From: Phoronis australis
Lineage: Eukaryota; Animalia; Phoronida
Assembly (NCBI GenBank): GCA_002633005.1
Contig: NMRA01000449.1
Coordinates: 248,001-312,000 of the forward strand
Reading direction: 5' to 3'
DNA: 64,000 nucleotides
Shown here one piece after another: positions 1 through 14,100 of this stretch. The position numbers and the translations under genes are program-made. The notes under the pieces are model-generated. The model had not been told where the DNA came from, ran no database searches, and worked only from the letters and a program-made list of their open reading frames with translations. Position 1 is the stretch's first letter. Every line of letters begins with the position of its first letter.

Positions 1-1160
1 AGACGCTGAGTGCGGGGATTTAGAAGTCATGAATTTAGGCCTCAGTCGTCGTCTCGTCGATATAGGCTTAGTTAGTCGTTTTCAATGAAACATTTGAGTA
101 ATGGCCTTCAATAAGTATGTAAGTATTTAATGTTTATTAATTTTACACGGGTACAAAACAAGAAAAGCATTAGCATAAGTGCTATAGTCACCGATAAAAT
201 ATGTATTTATACAAAGTTGCAGCATGAGACATGTTCACATTCCTGGTTTGAACAGTCTACTGCTCAAAGTGACTACATCAGTAAAACACCTAACATTGTT
301 CGTCAACTGGTTTCATAGTAAAACTTCATGTTGTTTAATCGAGTTTGTCCCATAAGTTGTATTGGGCCGTCAATAGGTTCCCTCCCCCTGACAATAACGG
401 GCAGCTTCTGAATAGTGAACCATTGCAGTGGACAAGTAGGCCTACCATTACCTTTGATATGTTTGACTGAAATCTTGAATCCCTAATAATTTTATTCTGG
501 AAGTGAACAGTGTGACTGAGTTTGTCCTATATGGTGCATACAAGGAGTTACAATTAATCATTAAAACCTTAAGGCGTGGTTTGGATTTTTTTTATCTTTC
601 TACTCCTCTGGATACCACACATTTGCCAAACTAAGGAACAAAAGGGACCTAACACAGGCAAAATATAGTTTCAACTTAGTGTCCACGTCTGGGCGAAGAC
701 TAAAAATGACTGACAAAAATTTGGATGACTTGTTAGAGATGTTATCAACATGACAATGGAAACGGAGATGGTCACTGATCTACACACGCTAAATTGGTAT
801 AACCAACGGTGAAGAAGGCTAATTTTCTTGTTGCTTATGGGTTCTCTACCGAGTGGATTTTTCTGTTTTTGCGTGCACACGGCTGATATTAAACCAATCT
901 AAAGCAATCTGTGTGACCATGTTCGAGACAGTTCTTCAATAGAGTTGTCAATGTGTACAATAGTTTGTCATCTGCATAGTTGTACAGATTGCATTACCAC
1001 TAGAGACACACAAGCTCATTTGTAACAGTTAGGTCCCAAAACAGAGCCTTGTGCGACCCCTTTTGGAACGATATGCCATTTACTGCATTCAATATTAACT
1101 CTCATATATCTTTCAGAGAGGACAACTTGGAAGCAGTTTGTGAACAGTCATATAATGCCC

Positions 1161-3371
1161 CACGGCTAAATCACAATCAAGGTCCATAATCGAGAGTTGA
1201 CAGTGTTACGGTCTAAAATTTTTTTTTTGGTCTCTTACCAAATGCCAACTGAATCCCATATGCAAAAAGTTATTTAGTTGTGCAAATTAAAAAAAAAATA
1301 TTCAAAATCGGACAATGTTTGAGAAATTTATGCATGTTTTTGTCTATGATTTTCATGCATTTTTAGCGTTACGAATGGGCATTTTAAAAATTACAATTTT
1401 CAACTGTCAACAGTAGAAAAGAAATTTATTTTATTGAGTAAGAAACTGCTTAGATATGACTGGGAATAACTTGAGTCACTTTCAGAATCACTTAGATGAA
1501 GTTGAGAAATGGTAGCCAAGGGTTCATCATAAACCAGGCACTAGTTACAAAATTTGTAAATTCTGTGTTTCTAACCCTCGCCTACTGTAAAAAAGGTTGA
1601 AAGGTTAAGTTCACACTCTGTAACAAAAAGAACTGCAGAATATGTTAGCCTAGGCAACAAAGCGAATTATTCAATATCTAAACTAACCAAAAGTTTGGAT
1701 ATTGAATGTTGAAAATGGGCCAAAAAGGCAAACAAAATGTAGTGTACGTACCCCCATGTGGAATTCAGTAACACAAATGGTCATTGCAAATGAAATTATT
1801 GCCTTTTAAATAACAATATGGTGCTTATTATCATCAAAAAAAATAAATGGCCTTACAACATTATGTTACCATGTGATTCACAAACAGTGATGTAGTGTAC
1901 GTACCCCCTTTTGTAGTGTACGACCACCATGTTTACAAATACCATGAAATTAAAATATCACTTGGTAAGTGAGCAACATTGGTCATAGACAGTTTCCTTC
2001 TATAAAAATATTAGGTTAACAGTGTGTTTATTGCAAATACATTTGTTTTGAGTGCAATATTAACATTCGTGTAGTGTATGTACCCCTATATTTTAACATG
2101 TGCCTGTTTTCAAAGAATGATAGACAAATATGCACATGTATGATGTACTTTTCATTTGTTCTCTTTGAATAGATTTGGTAAATGAATTAACTCTCAGTGG
2201 ATTCTAAGCATTTTTTATGAACCTGACAAGTCATTGAAATTTAGTGTACGTACCCCTGTGTATTGTACGTACCCCTGTGTAGTGTATGTACCCCTGTGTA
2301 GTGTATGTACCTTCAACCTCTGAGCTATAAAGTATTTCCAACAAGCATTTTTACATTCTGCTGTTCTTATGAACAAAGCTGATATTTCCAAAATGCATCC
2401 AGTCTGATTAAAAAAACACTGGACATTATCAAATTTGTGGGCATAAAATGCCAATAGAATGCCACACAGGACTTGGCTAGTAACATCCTAGAAGACAGGT
2501 CAGATGTTGCAGAGGCAGGTTCTCTATCTTTCAAGACAACTTGCAACAAACCATCAGAGGCACCACAAAACTCGAGACCATCCCATACATTTGTAACTTA
2601 GCCAAAATTTGACGTTGATTGACTGTGCGTAGTGTACGTAGGCCCGCCCCACAACCCATGCGCGCACCCAGGGGGGGGGGGGGGGGGGNACAAAAGTCCA
2701 CTAAAGAAGCGCAAACGCGCAATTCACAATGGTGCTCCCGTTTTTTTTTTTTTTTTTGGACCGCCCGCTCTTTTGTTAGCAAAAGGTCCACAACGTCGGG
2801 AATTCAGCCCCCCATATTGAAGGCTGGGTGCGCGCATGCAACCAGTACCATTTTTAATGTTTACAAGTTGAACACTGGGCCTAGCATTGCCCAACTATTT
2901 TGACCAACAGGTGAATGTGTATTTGTGTATTTTCTTTGTGAAAAAACCAGTGCAAGAGAAGAAGTTCTCATTATACTGTGTTAAGATATGCAATTAATGT
3001 ATCATAATCTAGAACAACTTGATCAGCACGGTAATAACTTTTCTTACTTTAGTATGTGATACTTCTTCAATTTCAGTAGTGATCAAGAACTTATTAAATT
3101 AAGAGCTACCTTATGAATTTTTGCATGCCTAGAAGTGGGCTGTGACCACCGACGGAGTTGTAGGCTGAGTGCACGCACCCTTTTATACAACTATGATGCA
3201 TTAGGCCAAAACCCATAAAATTTTATTCGATGGTTCTTGCGTAAAAATATTTTAGATTACAAACCTGGAATGATGGTACTTTATAATAACGCAGCTTTTA
3301 CAATTATATGACAGCCTTCATTTTCACCAAAGTGGCCACGGAATATGGACCTTGATTGTGATTTGCCCGTC
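1161..3371. mobile_element. Non-autonomous DNA transposon, CMC (Chapaev/CACTA)-like
   Basis: About 28-bp TIRs: CACGGCTAAATCACAATCAAGGTCCATA and TATGGACCTTGATTGTGATTTGCCCGTC. About 9 internal copies of TGTAGTGTAYGTACCCC. No transposase ORF; TSD not clear. Confidence 0.6.
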
Positions 3372-4232
3372 AATCTTTGAAATACTAGATCGTGTATAAG
3401 GTATAGGTTAAATGCTTTGGACCATAAAGTCGTTCAGCCAACAACCTGCTACCATTTTGTTGTTCAGTTGCCGACTGTTGTGAAAAGAGGTCTCTGTGCA
3501 GATCTGATATCGAGTTAAATGTGTAACGACTTCGACGATTCGCATAGCATAGGCCCGCGCAATGATTCACCGCATTCAAAACGTCACGTGACCTGTGATG
3601 AAGAATCTAAAATTAGGCTACGTAAATAGCCAACTGTCTACAGGTAAGTAACAAGTGATGATTCTTGGGTACGTTCAGAAAGTTTGCTTTTAACACGAAC
3701 CATAGGTGGCCAAACGATATGTTTGTGTTCCCGTGCCTTTACTGATTGTTCATATTTTAAAAAGACCTACCTGGTAGCCAGTGAACTGAAGGACAATACG
3801 TGAAGAGTTTAAACTAGGTCACGTTAGTACGGCCAATGGTGAGTAATAACTGAGCGATTATTTAACCTGACCGATGCGGATGTACCGTGCTGGTTTATTT
3901 CTGGGGAATTATCCATAGTGGAAATAACGAATTCGCAAGTTACCCGAGGGGTACCATCTGAGTTCGGTTTTGATTCAGTTGTCGTTTAACATAAACGCCC
4001 TTGTTCAGCCTGGCAGAATTCAGTTGGCTTGTCGGTTTTAATTAGGTCATAGCCAACCTAATTTTGGCTAATACCTAAAGAATGGCTATGTTAAATATTA
4101 GACGTTCCTCCGGTCTGAGGCTTTTGCCATTCTCCAAAACATGAACTCGACAACACGAAGTTGACGGAAAGGGAATGTAGTACAACCTCTATACATTTTG
4201 GATTTACGCATTGTTTTCTGTGAGTGACAGAG

Positions 4233-4398
4233 AAAATGGCGGTGCTGTGCGTGAACTCAAAATTGAATATTCATTTTGGCAACCGGTGTAACTTGTTCAG
4301 TGTAAGGAATTTTTGTAATTATTGGCCTCACGGTTATCCATTTCTGCGTTGCCGTAGCCTCAACTAGTACCTGTTCGAAAGTCCATACTGTGGTGAGT
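4233..4398 (+). promoter_or_regulatory. Candidate 5' UTR exon / start region of paralogue A
   Basis: YY1-like AAAATGGCGG at 4233-4242 and donor TG|GTGAGT at 4393. Acceptor TTTTCAG|G at 5143 lies just upstream of the ATG. An alternative strong donor CAG|GTAAGT is at 3644. Confidence 0.35.
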
Positions 4399-5151
4399 TC
4401 GTGTGTTAAGTCTCGAAATAAATTGCACTGGTAATGTCCTAAGTTGCTTCAAACTTGCTATATAAGTCAACGAAAACCAAATTCATTGAAACAAATTTTA
4501 AACAAGATGCAGTGACGAGTCAAAACAGGTTGTGGAGAACACTGCTTTTTCAAAAAATAAGCCCCGGGCTGTTTGGCCCTAGGTCATTTGCTATGAAAAT
4601 TTGATCGCCATGCAGAAGTAATTTGGTTATCTCGAATTGCTGGTAATTTTTAAGGTATTACACTTGCTGGTTATGGTGTGTCAATTCTGTTGAACCCTAA
4701 TTTGGCCTATCAATTTCTCGTGAACATGCAACATTCCGAAATTGACCACAACTTGAAAGTAAATTGCTCCTTAAAGTCTGGGACTGATTAAACTTCAACC
4801 ATATGAATATTACCAGGTAGTTGTTTGGGACTTGGCCAAAATCCCAGCTTGCATTTCCAGAATCTAGCTCACACTCAAACGATCCCAGGTTGCACATTCT
4901 TTGACACAACAAAAAACGCTGTCAGTGCGATTTTCTCTGTTGCAATGCCCATACTTTGTCATTTATCTAAAAATTAACACTAATGAGGTGTTTTCGTGTG
5001 ATGCTACTGGGCATGCAGGAGATTTAATGGCCACACATGTTTCTAATGCAAGTTTGTCAAAATCTCAGCTTGCATAAATTTCTAAATTTCAAGTCTGCTC
5101 ATTATGTCAAGCCATGCTAATTTTTTAAAAATTGCCTTTTCAGGTGACAAA

Positions 5152-8100
5152 ATGAAGTGGTCGCTTGTAGTTACAGGGCTTTTGGTCTGTCTACCAACAG
5201 TTTGGTCTGCATCACCCTTTGATTGGACAAAACGAGACAACTGGGACCTCTTCAACAAAAAATTTTCAGCAATTGACACTGACAACTGCCTATCAAAAAC
5301 AGAAGATGATATGTTATTCCCGGAGGACACTGTGTCCATGAAACCTAAATCTAATGAGCTGCTCGATACATCCACGCGTGTGTTTAGGAACCGAACTTGT
5401 CTGCTGGCTCTACACGACATCGCTTTAAGTCGTTCATATTTCTTCAGCTTCCTTCACAGGTACCTGAACAAGACAGTAGATTTTTACGATCAGCCTGGAT
5501 GGATGTATTACTATTGGCGTCAAGCGTCTTTTGTGTTTGGTTACCCAAACTGTGTCAATGCATCTAGTGTATATTATGACTATAACATCAACTACCCTAA
5601 CTGGATGCAGAAGGTCGAATTGAACAGTACCATTGCACTATTTGGACCGCATGTCTACAGACAGGACAATACCTACTACACTTGGATGAGAGAACCTGAT
5701 CTCAACAGTGCAATAGCTAAAGACTACGGCACTGGGGTTAACAGAAACTACACGTCGCCCAATTATGCACCCCATCCATGGTACACAAAATGGTTGCCAG
5801 ACCTCACAACGGGTAGCGACAAGAGCAAAGGATCATTTTCGGTGGGACTAAAATTTGCCCACAAAATACCAGGGCGTTACGAGACGAGCGTTTTCCAGGG
5901 ATTCAACTTTTTTGGCCCTCCTCTGACGAAAATTAACGACGATGTAAATCTGCCGGTAAAATTCACACAGCCATACTTTGACTGCCATGGTAAAGGAGAG
6001 TGGTTGGTATCTGCTGTGGCACCCATTGTTGACCATGTGCCTCGTTACAGGGATTGGCAGACTCAAGTAGAATTTGGTGAAACACCACCAAGGTAAGGTG
6101 GACGTGCCCAACGTTTTATTGAGCAGACTGTTGTATATTTATGAAAGTACCTAAGACCATAACCTTCCTTAAAATGCTAAAACATGAATTTAGCATCTAA
6201 AATATAAATGTTGTTAAGAACTTTAAATGCATAGAGTTGGAATTGTTGAAACGTCACGCTGTAGTTCGCTGTTCAGCATCAAATTTATCACTTAGATTTA
6301 CAGGGTACATTGTTTTTGCCAAGTATAATTCACTTTTGAACTATGTGGATATCATTTATTAACTTGTTAAGAAAACAAATAAATATATCACATGCTAGAG
6401 TAAATTCTCTGCTGCGTTTTGTTAACGAAACGTGGTTTGTACATGTTTTCTGTTTACATCTTAATGTTAACTTAGTATGCTGACTAGTAGTATATTTTGT
6501 TCTGTTATAAACTACCAGTTGCTGTTGGGCTTTATAGGATTGTCGCCGTGGCATCAGTGAGCACTGACTGGAACAGAGTTGACATCAACCCCTGTCCGGA
6601 TGGTGTGGGTAACCCAGAGAGTGCGTTCTCTGGTGTGGCTCGTTGCAAGCAGGCCACCACTATGGTAAGGGATCATAGTTAGTTGTTCTTGGCTTGAACA
6701 TTGTCCAAATGTTGTGTATAAGAAACTGGCATACTGGGGATTTCCGATAATTTAAAGCATCCATCACTGGAAAGTTATTCCTCAAACTAAGTTCATGTCA
6801 TGACCTGCAATTTTGCGATCGTGATCTGTCCAAATGTTGTGTATAAGAAACTGGCATACTGGGGATTTCCGATAATTTAAAGCATCCATCACTGGAAAGT
6901 GTCCAGTGGTGCTTTTTCAGACATGGAGGAAGAAAAAGTGTCCATGGATGAAGAAAGTGACCAATGGTGTTTTCATTTAAGTGTTTGCCATTGCCTGTCA
7001 TTTTGTGGTCCTTTTAAGCAAGGACCTTTTGTGCAGAAGTTGGTCTTCTTAGGTCAGTGACTAACACTGGAAGTTGTTCGATGGCAACCAAGCAACCAAC
7101 AAAATAACTGAAACGACATAACTCCGTGCTCTCTGTAAAAACACAGCTTTGATTTAGGCCACTTACAAATTGTTCCTAACTCAGTTTAGACTTGATCTCT
7201 AAGATGTGGAAGAACTGCCAGCTCATTATTTCCTCAAACTAAGTTCATGTCATGACCTGCAATTTTGCGAGCTTGATCTGAAAATAAAATGATTTGCAAG
7301 TCGTTTTCAAATTAAGAAACCACACCCATTTTGACAGAGGGACCACCGAGACCAATTTCATAACGAAAAGTGGCTTATATCAAAACTTGTTTTTGGACAG
7401 GAAGCATTTGAGTTAAAGCCACTTTAAGTTGTGCTGGTACATGTATTTCTAGTCCATGTCCAGTTTTTCTGCGTTTCCCAGTCGCTAGTTACAGGTTTCC
7501 ATTGGCACATGTCCTATTGTCTTTGTGTCAGTATCAAGTTTTGCCGCTGCAGCAAAGTGATTAAAATATTTGGTTCAGTTTCACAGTGTAAGGTTTGTTC
7601 AACATGTTGGTATGCATGTCAGTCTTGGAGCATGAGTCATATTCAGTGGAGTATCCTCCCATGACATTTTATGGTGTTCTTTCATTGGCTTCTGCAGAGA
7701 ATTATATGATTTGTCCAAAAGCTCAAATCAGATGTTCACTGACTTGTTACTTTCTACACAGCTACCAAGCTTATGAATGTGTTGAATACATACACACGAT
7801 GACAACGGTTCTTTACAGTGTCAGCCTTTGACCGGCTGGGGTTTTGCTCGTGGTAGTTACGAGTGTGTGTGTCGCCCTGGTTACCGACTACCCAAGGAGC
7901 AGAATGGTCCATTCCAAGGAGCAGATATTGAGCTGGCTACAGAGGAGGAGTACAGAGATGGGTTTGACTGTATTAAAGTCGGATGTAAGTCATGCATTCT
8001 TCAAATAGGTGTGATGTTGCATCATTGGGCTATCAAGTACTTGCCTCATGAGGAAGTGTAACGGAATGGTCGAAAATTTCAATTTCAAGCAAAACATTCG

Positions 8101-11100
8101 TTGTTGCTCCTAAAAATACTGGAAAACACAGGTCTCAAAAGCACCAGAGGTTGATGTAAAAAATAGTGAAAGTATGATTTTGGGGTTAATAGGCATCTTT
8201 GATGGAATACTCAGCATTTGAATACAGTGGGCACTTTGGTAATGATGATCCAGTGTAAAAGTGCTTTCAGTATTCATTACTAGGTGTCTCACTTTGGTAA
8301 TGATGATCCAGTGTAAAAGTGCTTTCAGTATTCATTACTAGGTGTCTCACTTTGGTAATGATGATCCAGTGTAAAAGTGCTTTCAGTATTCATTACTAGG
8401 TGTCTCACTTTAGTAATGATGATCCAGTGTAAAAGTGCTTTCAGTATTCATTACTAGGTGTCTCACTTTAGTAATGATGATCCAGTGTAGAAGGGCATTC
8501 AGTATTCATTACTAGGTGTCTCACTTTTTAGACCATTTGTCAAGCTGGCAAATGGATTGAGACAGAAGTGAAATTGAAATAATTTTAGGAGGTTGATTAA
8601 ATATCAAATATTTTGTGAGAAGTATTTGCCCCAGTCAAGGTTTTGTTGTCTGGTAGTCCAACTTGATCAGATGATGAAATATTGTAAATGTTTGGGAAAT
8701 ACTTAGGTCTAATATAATTGTGTGTAAACTATCTGTCGTTCTCTGGCAGTTTCTTACCATAAAAATCTGAAATAATTTGTTTACCAGGAGACTTTATTAC
8801 ACACTGACAGCTTATCTGGAATACAGAATCCTCTCTCACTGCAAGAATTATTGCAGTACATTTCAGGTTTAATAAATGAATTGACAACAAGAGGGTGCAA
8901 TCTGGTAAAGTACATAGTCATACCTTAGATTTTTGTGATGGCTGTGAATTGAATCAGAAGATACTGACCTTAATCACTTGTGATGGCTGTGAATTGATTC
9001 AGAAGATACTGACCTTAATCACTTGTTCGGGAAAGATGGTAAGCTGGTTCTTGTGACACACGATATTTTCTCTCAGTTTTGATCTCTGTGTTGTTACATG
9101 CAACATTTCTGCTGTCACTACTGGCTCAATTTGTATTTCAGACATGCATGTGGTGCCCTCTGTGCTTGGTAGTGGAAACAAAAATGCTAACAATGGTCTA
9201 ACACAAGTAACTAACAGCTCGAACGAGGGCAGACGCAGAAAGAGAAATGTGGATTTGGTGCTGAAAGATGAGGAAAAACTTGAAATGAATGAAAAAAAGA
9301 TTGATGTAAAACGTTCTACCTCTGAAAGTGCCGAGACGGTAATAGCAATATCTGTTTCTGTTGAAAATTATTGCATCTACAGTGACAAAAAGCAGTATAT
9401 AAAAATCCAAAATATATTGGCCATTCTAATAATGTTAGTTTTTGTTGGATTTTGTGCAGAGTTTGACAAACACTTTAGGAAGTTTTTGCTAATTTATGTT
9501 GATCCAAATTAGAACATTAATACCATGCTTAAAAGAAATAGTTAAACCCGGCACTGTTTAGTCACGTGACTGTTCAATCATACTTGGGGCTGTTTCAACG
9601 GCTGCTGTTCATGTGATGAGCCAAGTAGGAGTTCTGGTCCTTGGGATCCTTAATGTGTACTCAGGCTTTGTACCAGACACTGGGACAACATTTGAAGTGG
9701 CTGTGGCTCTTGCAGTGCAGCAATTGGTATAATAGATACCCTGTCAGGAGATGTATCTTTGACTGGATTAGATTCGAACTCAGTCAAACTATTTCATTGA
9801 GAACTGATTTTCTCATAGAGATAAATTCTACATTCCAAGTATTTTTTTTTATTTTGACTTGAAAAAGAAAGAATATGCTGAAGTTGGGTTTGTGCTTGAA
9901 AAATGAGGAAGGGGTAGTCAAGTCTGACTGATGGAGTTCACATTAGTAGAATGAAAAAGATTTATGATGTAATGGTTGAATTTTCCATGCTCCCGTTTTA
10001 GACTTCGGTTGACATTGAGTCGGAAATCAAAGCTGCCATTCGTGAAGACAGTGAAAAGCATGTTAAACGCTCAGTGACTGCTCGTTACAAATCCAACTTC
10101 GTTAACCCCAAGCACGATGACCGTGTGCTCCGTGATGTGTTTGGTCCCGACTGGGAGAAGCGGTACAATGCCCACAAGCGCAAGAAAAGAGAGGCGTCTA
10201 ATACGAGGTTGAAGGCTGGTGTGGTAGATGAAGCAGCCATTCAGAGAATGGAAGGAATATTTAAACATATCCAGACAGTGTCTCAGGCAGCCGACTGTAG
10301 CAAGTTACCTAACACTGATCTTCACCTTCCTGGAGATGCGGGTTATGGAGCCAATGAACAGTTTGAGTATCAGGTACTAAATTACACCATTCATTTTCAC
10401 ATTATGTGCAGAAAATGGGATCTCTTATTAATAAAGGCAACTATGTGAGGTGTGTAGAGGAATCAAAAAGGTTAAAAAAGGCTCTCTGGTATGTCTGAAT
10501 TCATACATTCATCCGTGTATGGGCGCCATTGGGGTATGGGTTATGGTCATTTTTAGATTGCCGTTATCGGCTTGTTAGAAAATGCTCGTCAGTTATTTAG
10601 TGTGTGATTTTGTTCCAAGTTGGCTCATACCTTTACATTAACAATGTATGGATTTGGCTTGGAAGATTTTCGTGGTGGCGATTTAATTTTTTGGTTGTAT
10701 ATAAATTTATTGAAGACACTTTGTAGGTGAATTTTGAAGAAGCCTACCTATTTTTTGAAGAAGCCTCCAGTTGTTTAAGAAGTTGTAAGCACGGAAATTT
10801 TGTACTATTTTGTTATTTATTTTCGTGGTCTTCCCACTCCTTCAGGGTAGAACAGCGTTATCCATGGCTCATTTCTTGAGTGGCCTCTACCAGAGCAACA
10901 AGTATCCCATGACTCAGAGTGTTGCTATTGACGACAGGTCGCCCAATCGCATTCAGCTTCACGCTGAGGTGCTCAGCATGGTGATGTCTGACCACAAGGT
11001 TCTGGGTATGGGCATATTTTTTGATGAGGACATGTATTTTGAGATGCTGGGCAAGTCCAAGCAGAAGTTGCCACGGCAACTTTTTGCTCCTTATGCATTC

Positions 11101-14100
11101 CAACAAAATGGCGAGTACAAGACTGTTGATTTGGCGGGCGACCCGAATGTTGGGTACTACCTACGTCAAGACTGGTTCAGAAAGGCAAAGATGCGGTGGA
11201 CGACAAATACGGACAGGCTGACCATGTACGAGCTGAGGCCATACATTAGGTAGGTTGGAATGGTTATTGTAACGTGACTCTGGGAAATTAAACAATGCTT
11301 TTGCTTTTATGCACCCTCACATATTTGGCCACAAATGTTTGTCGGCCTGTTTGAGTGTCCACTTGATATTTCAATACTCATGGGTCGAGGCTTTTCAATG
11401 TTTTTTGGGGAAAAGCGTTTCTAGATGATATCTAGGGAACCAATGGATAGATGAAACTTTATATTTGACAGCAATGGCACCAGATCATTTTAGGTGGGCT
11501 CAACAAGAGGCTTGTTAGTATTTTTGGACGAAGACCATTGCTGTATGATGTCTAAGAAATGGATTAATGAATTCCAATTAAACTTGAAACTGGGGTGTGT
11601 GATGGCATTGTGCCAGCACCATTCAAGGGTTGGACGGATTCTACCACTAAATCATCTCTTGGAGGGCATTTCGGTCTTTACAATTAGGAGCTGTTTTGTT
11701 ATTTTTGGGAAAAAGGGTGCTTTTGTTTGATATTGTTGAAGCAGTTGAATGATTTCAGTGAAACTTTGACACATGTACCTGTACCAGTATATACAACTAG
11801 TACTATCTCAGTTGGGTTTGACCACTGCAGCACCCCCTAGTGGCCGCTCTATTTTAGAGATCATGGCAGTTACAAGTTATTGGTAGATTCCAACAAGTTC
11901 TGTCCTGTTATATTTTGTGTCTGTTTTAACTACCTAATTGTTCTTTTTGGAAAAGATATATGGTAATCCAGACCTGGCAATGTTTGGCTGCCTGGTACTG
12001 TGGCGTGTTGTATTTCTTTGTTGCAAATGTTGAATGCTGGATTTGATGTCAGCTTTAAAAGATGAGGTACCAACACTTCTTTGTCATTTCCGACTATTGC
12101 AGCTACCCTTGTGCCCCAATTGTTGTCTCCTTGTACCTTACATGAAACGGATCATCTCCCCTGGAAGCATACCGTTTGCAGTGCACTGTGGGTGCATATC
12201 GATGCATTGCATTGCTTCTGTTTGTAATCAAAGAGCTTGTTTTTTGGCAGTTTCCAGACAGTTCTGTACAGTTCTGATGTTCTAGTTTTGAGCATTTGTT
12301 GTGGTACATTTGAATGTATATTTATAATTGTTGCCAGGACTGTAAATCTTGCTCTCTCCACAACTTTCTATGCTCATGTAATTCTAGTATATACACCTGA
12401 CCCTTTAGATAAGTCAGAGTTTACTATTCTCTGATGAAATCTGCCATTAGTTCTGAGTGACTTATCCAAGTATTTATTTTTAATTGAATTGTGACCAGGC
12501 CTTTATTTCTGAATGTTGAAAGCACTACTTGCATCTTGTATTGTTGCATAACATTTTGTACTGTAGTAATATTACTCTTGTTATTATAGGAGCAATGTTA
12601 ACGGAACCTTGAAATCAACGGAGACTTTAATCTTCCCTGTCGAATACAAGACTGCTACCTATGAAGATGGACAGTGGACTTCACCATACTTCCTGTGTGA
12701 TGGATACATCAATGACTGGGTTATGTCATACGTTGTGCCATTCTTTGACAAGACAGATTACAATGAACTGAGATTCATGTAGGTATTAAAAAAGGATTGA
12801 TGCTACGATTAGCGACAATCCTTACAACTTGAAACATACGAAAATGATGTATTCTTTATTTCATATGAACACTGCATGTCATCTATAGTTGTTGTTTTCC
12901 ATCTTTTCATTCTTTTTCCTTTCAACGATTTTTGATTGTTTCACATACAAATAGTTTAAATACAGCAAACAGGTAATGACAGTGCCTTTTTTGTTTTCAA
13001 ATGGATTGACATATTGTGTGCTACCCATTGGCCATTCTTACTGTTTTGAAGCCGCCTCTTTATCGGCCAACCACTGTCAGCACGATTATCGAAGTAAGTG
13101 TTCCTACTGGTAATTTTTGAACAGCTCAACTACTATAGCATGGCTAGTGGCAGTTTTTTTATGTTCCAGGGATGTATTTCCTAACTCTCTTGCTGCGTCT
13201 TTGTTAAATTTGATTGGTGGATTTCTAGGAACTTGACAACAGATGACAACAACTTTCGGACAGATCTGATAGCTGCAATTTCTTCTTTATCTTTGGAGTA
13301 CATTGACAGATTTTCATGTATGCCACCTGGTGGCCATTTTTGTTATTTATGAGTTTGGATTTTGGCAATGATTTTTAACAGGCCCGATTGCTGTGTCACC
13401 CTTTTGTGATAATTTTATTTATTTGCTTGTGACTCGATACAAGCTCCATGATGGATATTACTGAAATCTGGCATTTTTTTCGTTAAGCAGAGTACATGGG
13501 ACCAATCTGGCTACTGCAGAGTCCCCTAGCGTCAATTTTGTTTTTCCTTGCATTTGTCTCGATATCTATCAAGGTTCATGATGTATGTTCCAGATGAAAT
13601 TTGACAAATAAGTTACTGCCATGTAGGCAATACCACGTACCCTGTTTCAGAGGTATTTGACCAGCGTTGTGCCCCCTAGTGGTCATTTTATTTTTGTGTT
13701 CTTTATCATCTGCTTCCCTATTCTCAATTCTTGAAGAGTTGTGACGAAAGGTTGCAGCTGTGCAACCCCTAGGGGCTATTATTAAGTTTAATGGTATTAC
13801 TGTGTTTAGTGGGAATATTAATGATTATCTCTTGTATCTGTGCTGTATGCCATGCACACTGTGGGTGCATACATTTGTCAACACTCTGACTTGCTCATTA
13901 TTGAATAGTTTATACATAACAAGTATGCCATGACCAGTGGGCAGTAATTCTAGTCTGTTGTTTTCTTCCAGGGGTGTTGTCAAAGTTGATGTGAAATTAT
14001 CCTATCTGGACATCAACCAGTGTTCAATGCCATTCTATGTTCCTAATGCGTTCAAAGACACAGCAAGATGTGACTATGTCTCCACTTATGTAAGTGTAAT

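Noticed and set aside
1738-2312. Repeat-spacer pattern reminiscent of CRISPR
   Set aside because: Spacing is irregular (2 to over 150 bp), the context is eukaryotic, there are no cas genes, and it lies within a TIR element.
2531-2903. ORFs with poly-G/poly-P/poly-K/poly-F runs
   Set aside because: Homopolymer tracts, including an N base, inside a transposon.
3583-3592. GTCACGTGAC (CLEAR/USF E-box)
   Set aside because: The same 10-mer recurs at 9561, 25794 and 44772 in intronic or repeat contexts, so it is not specific evidence of regulation.
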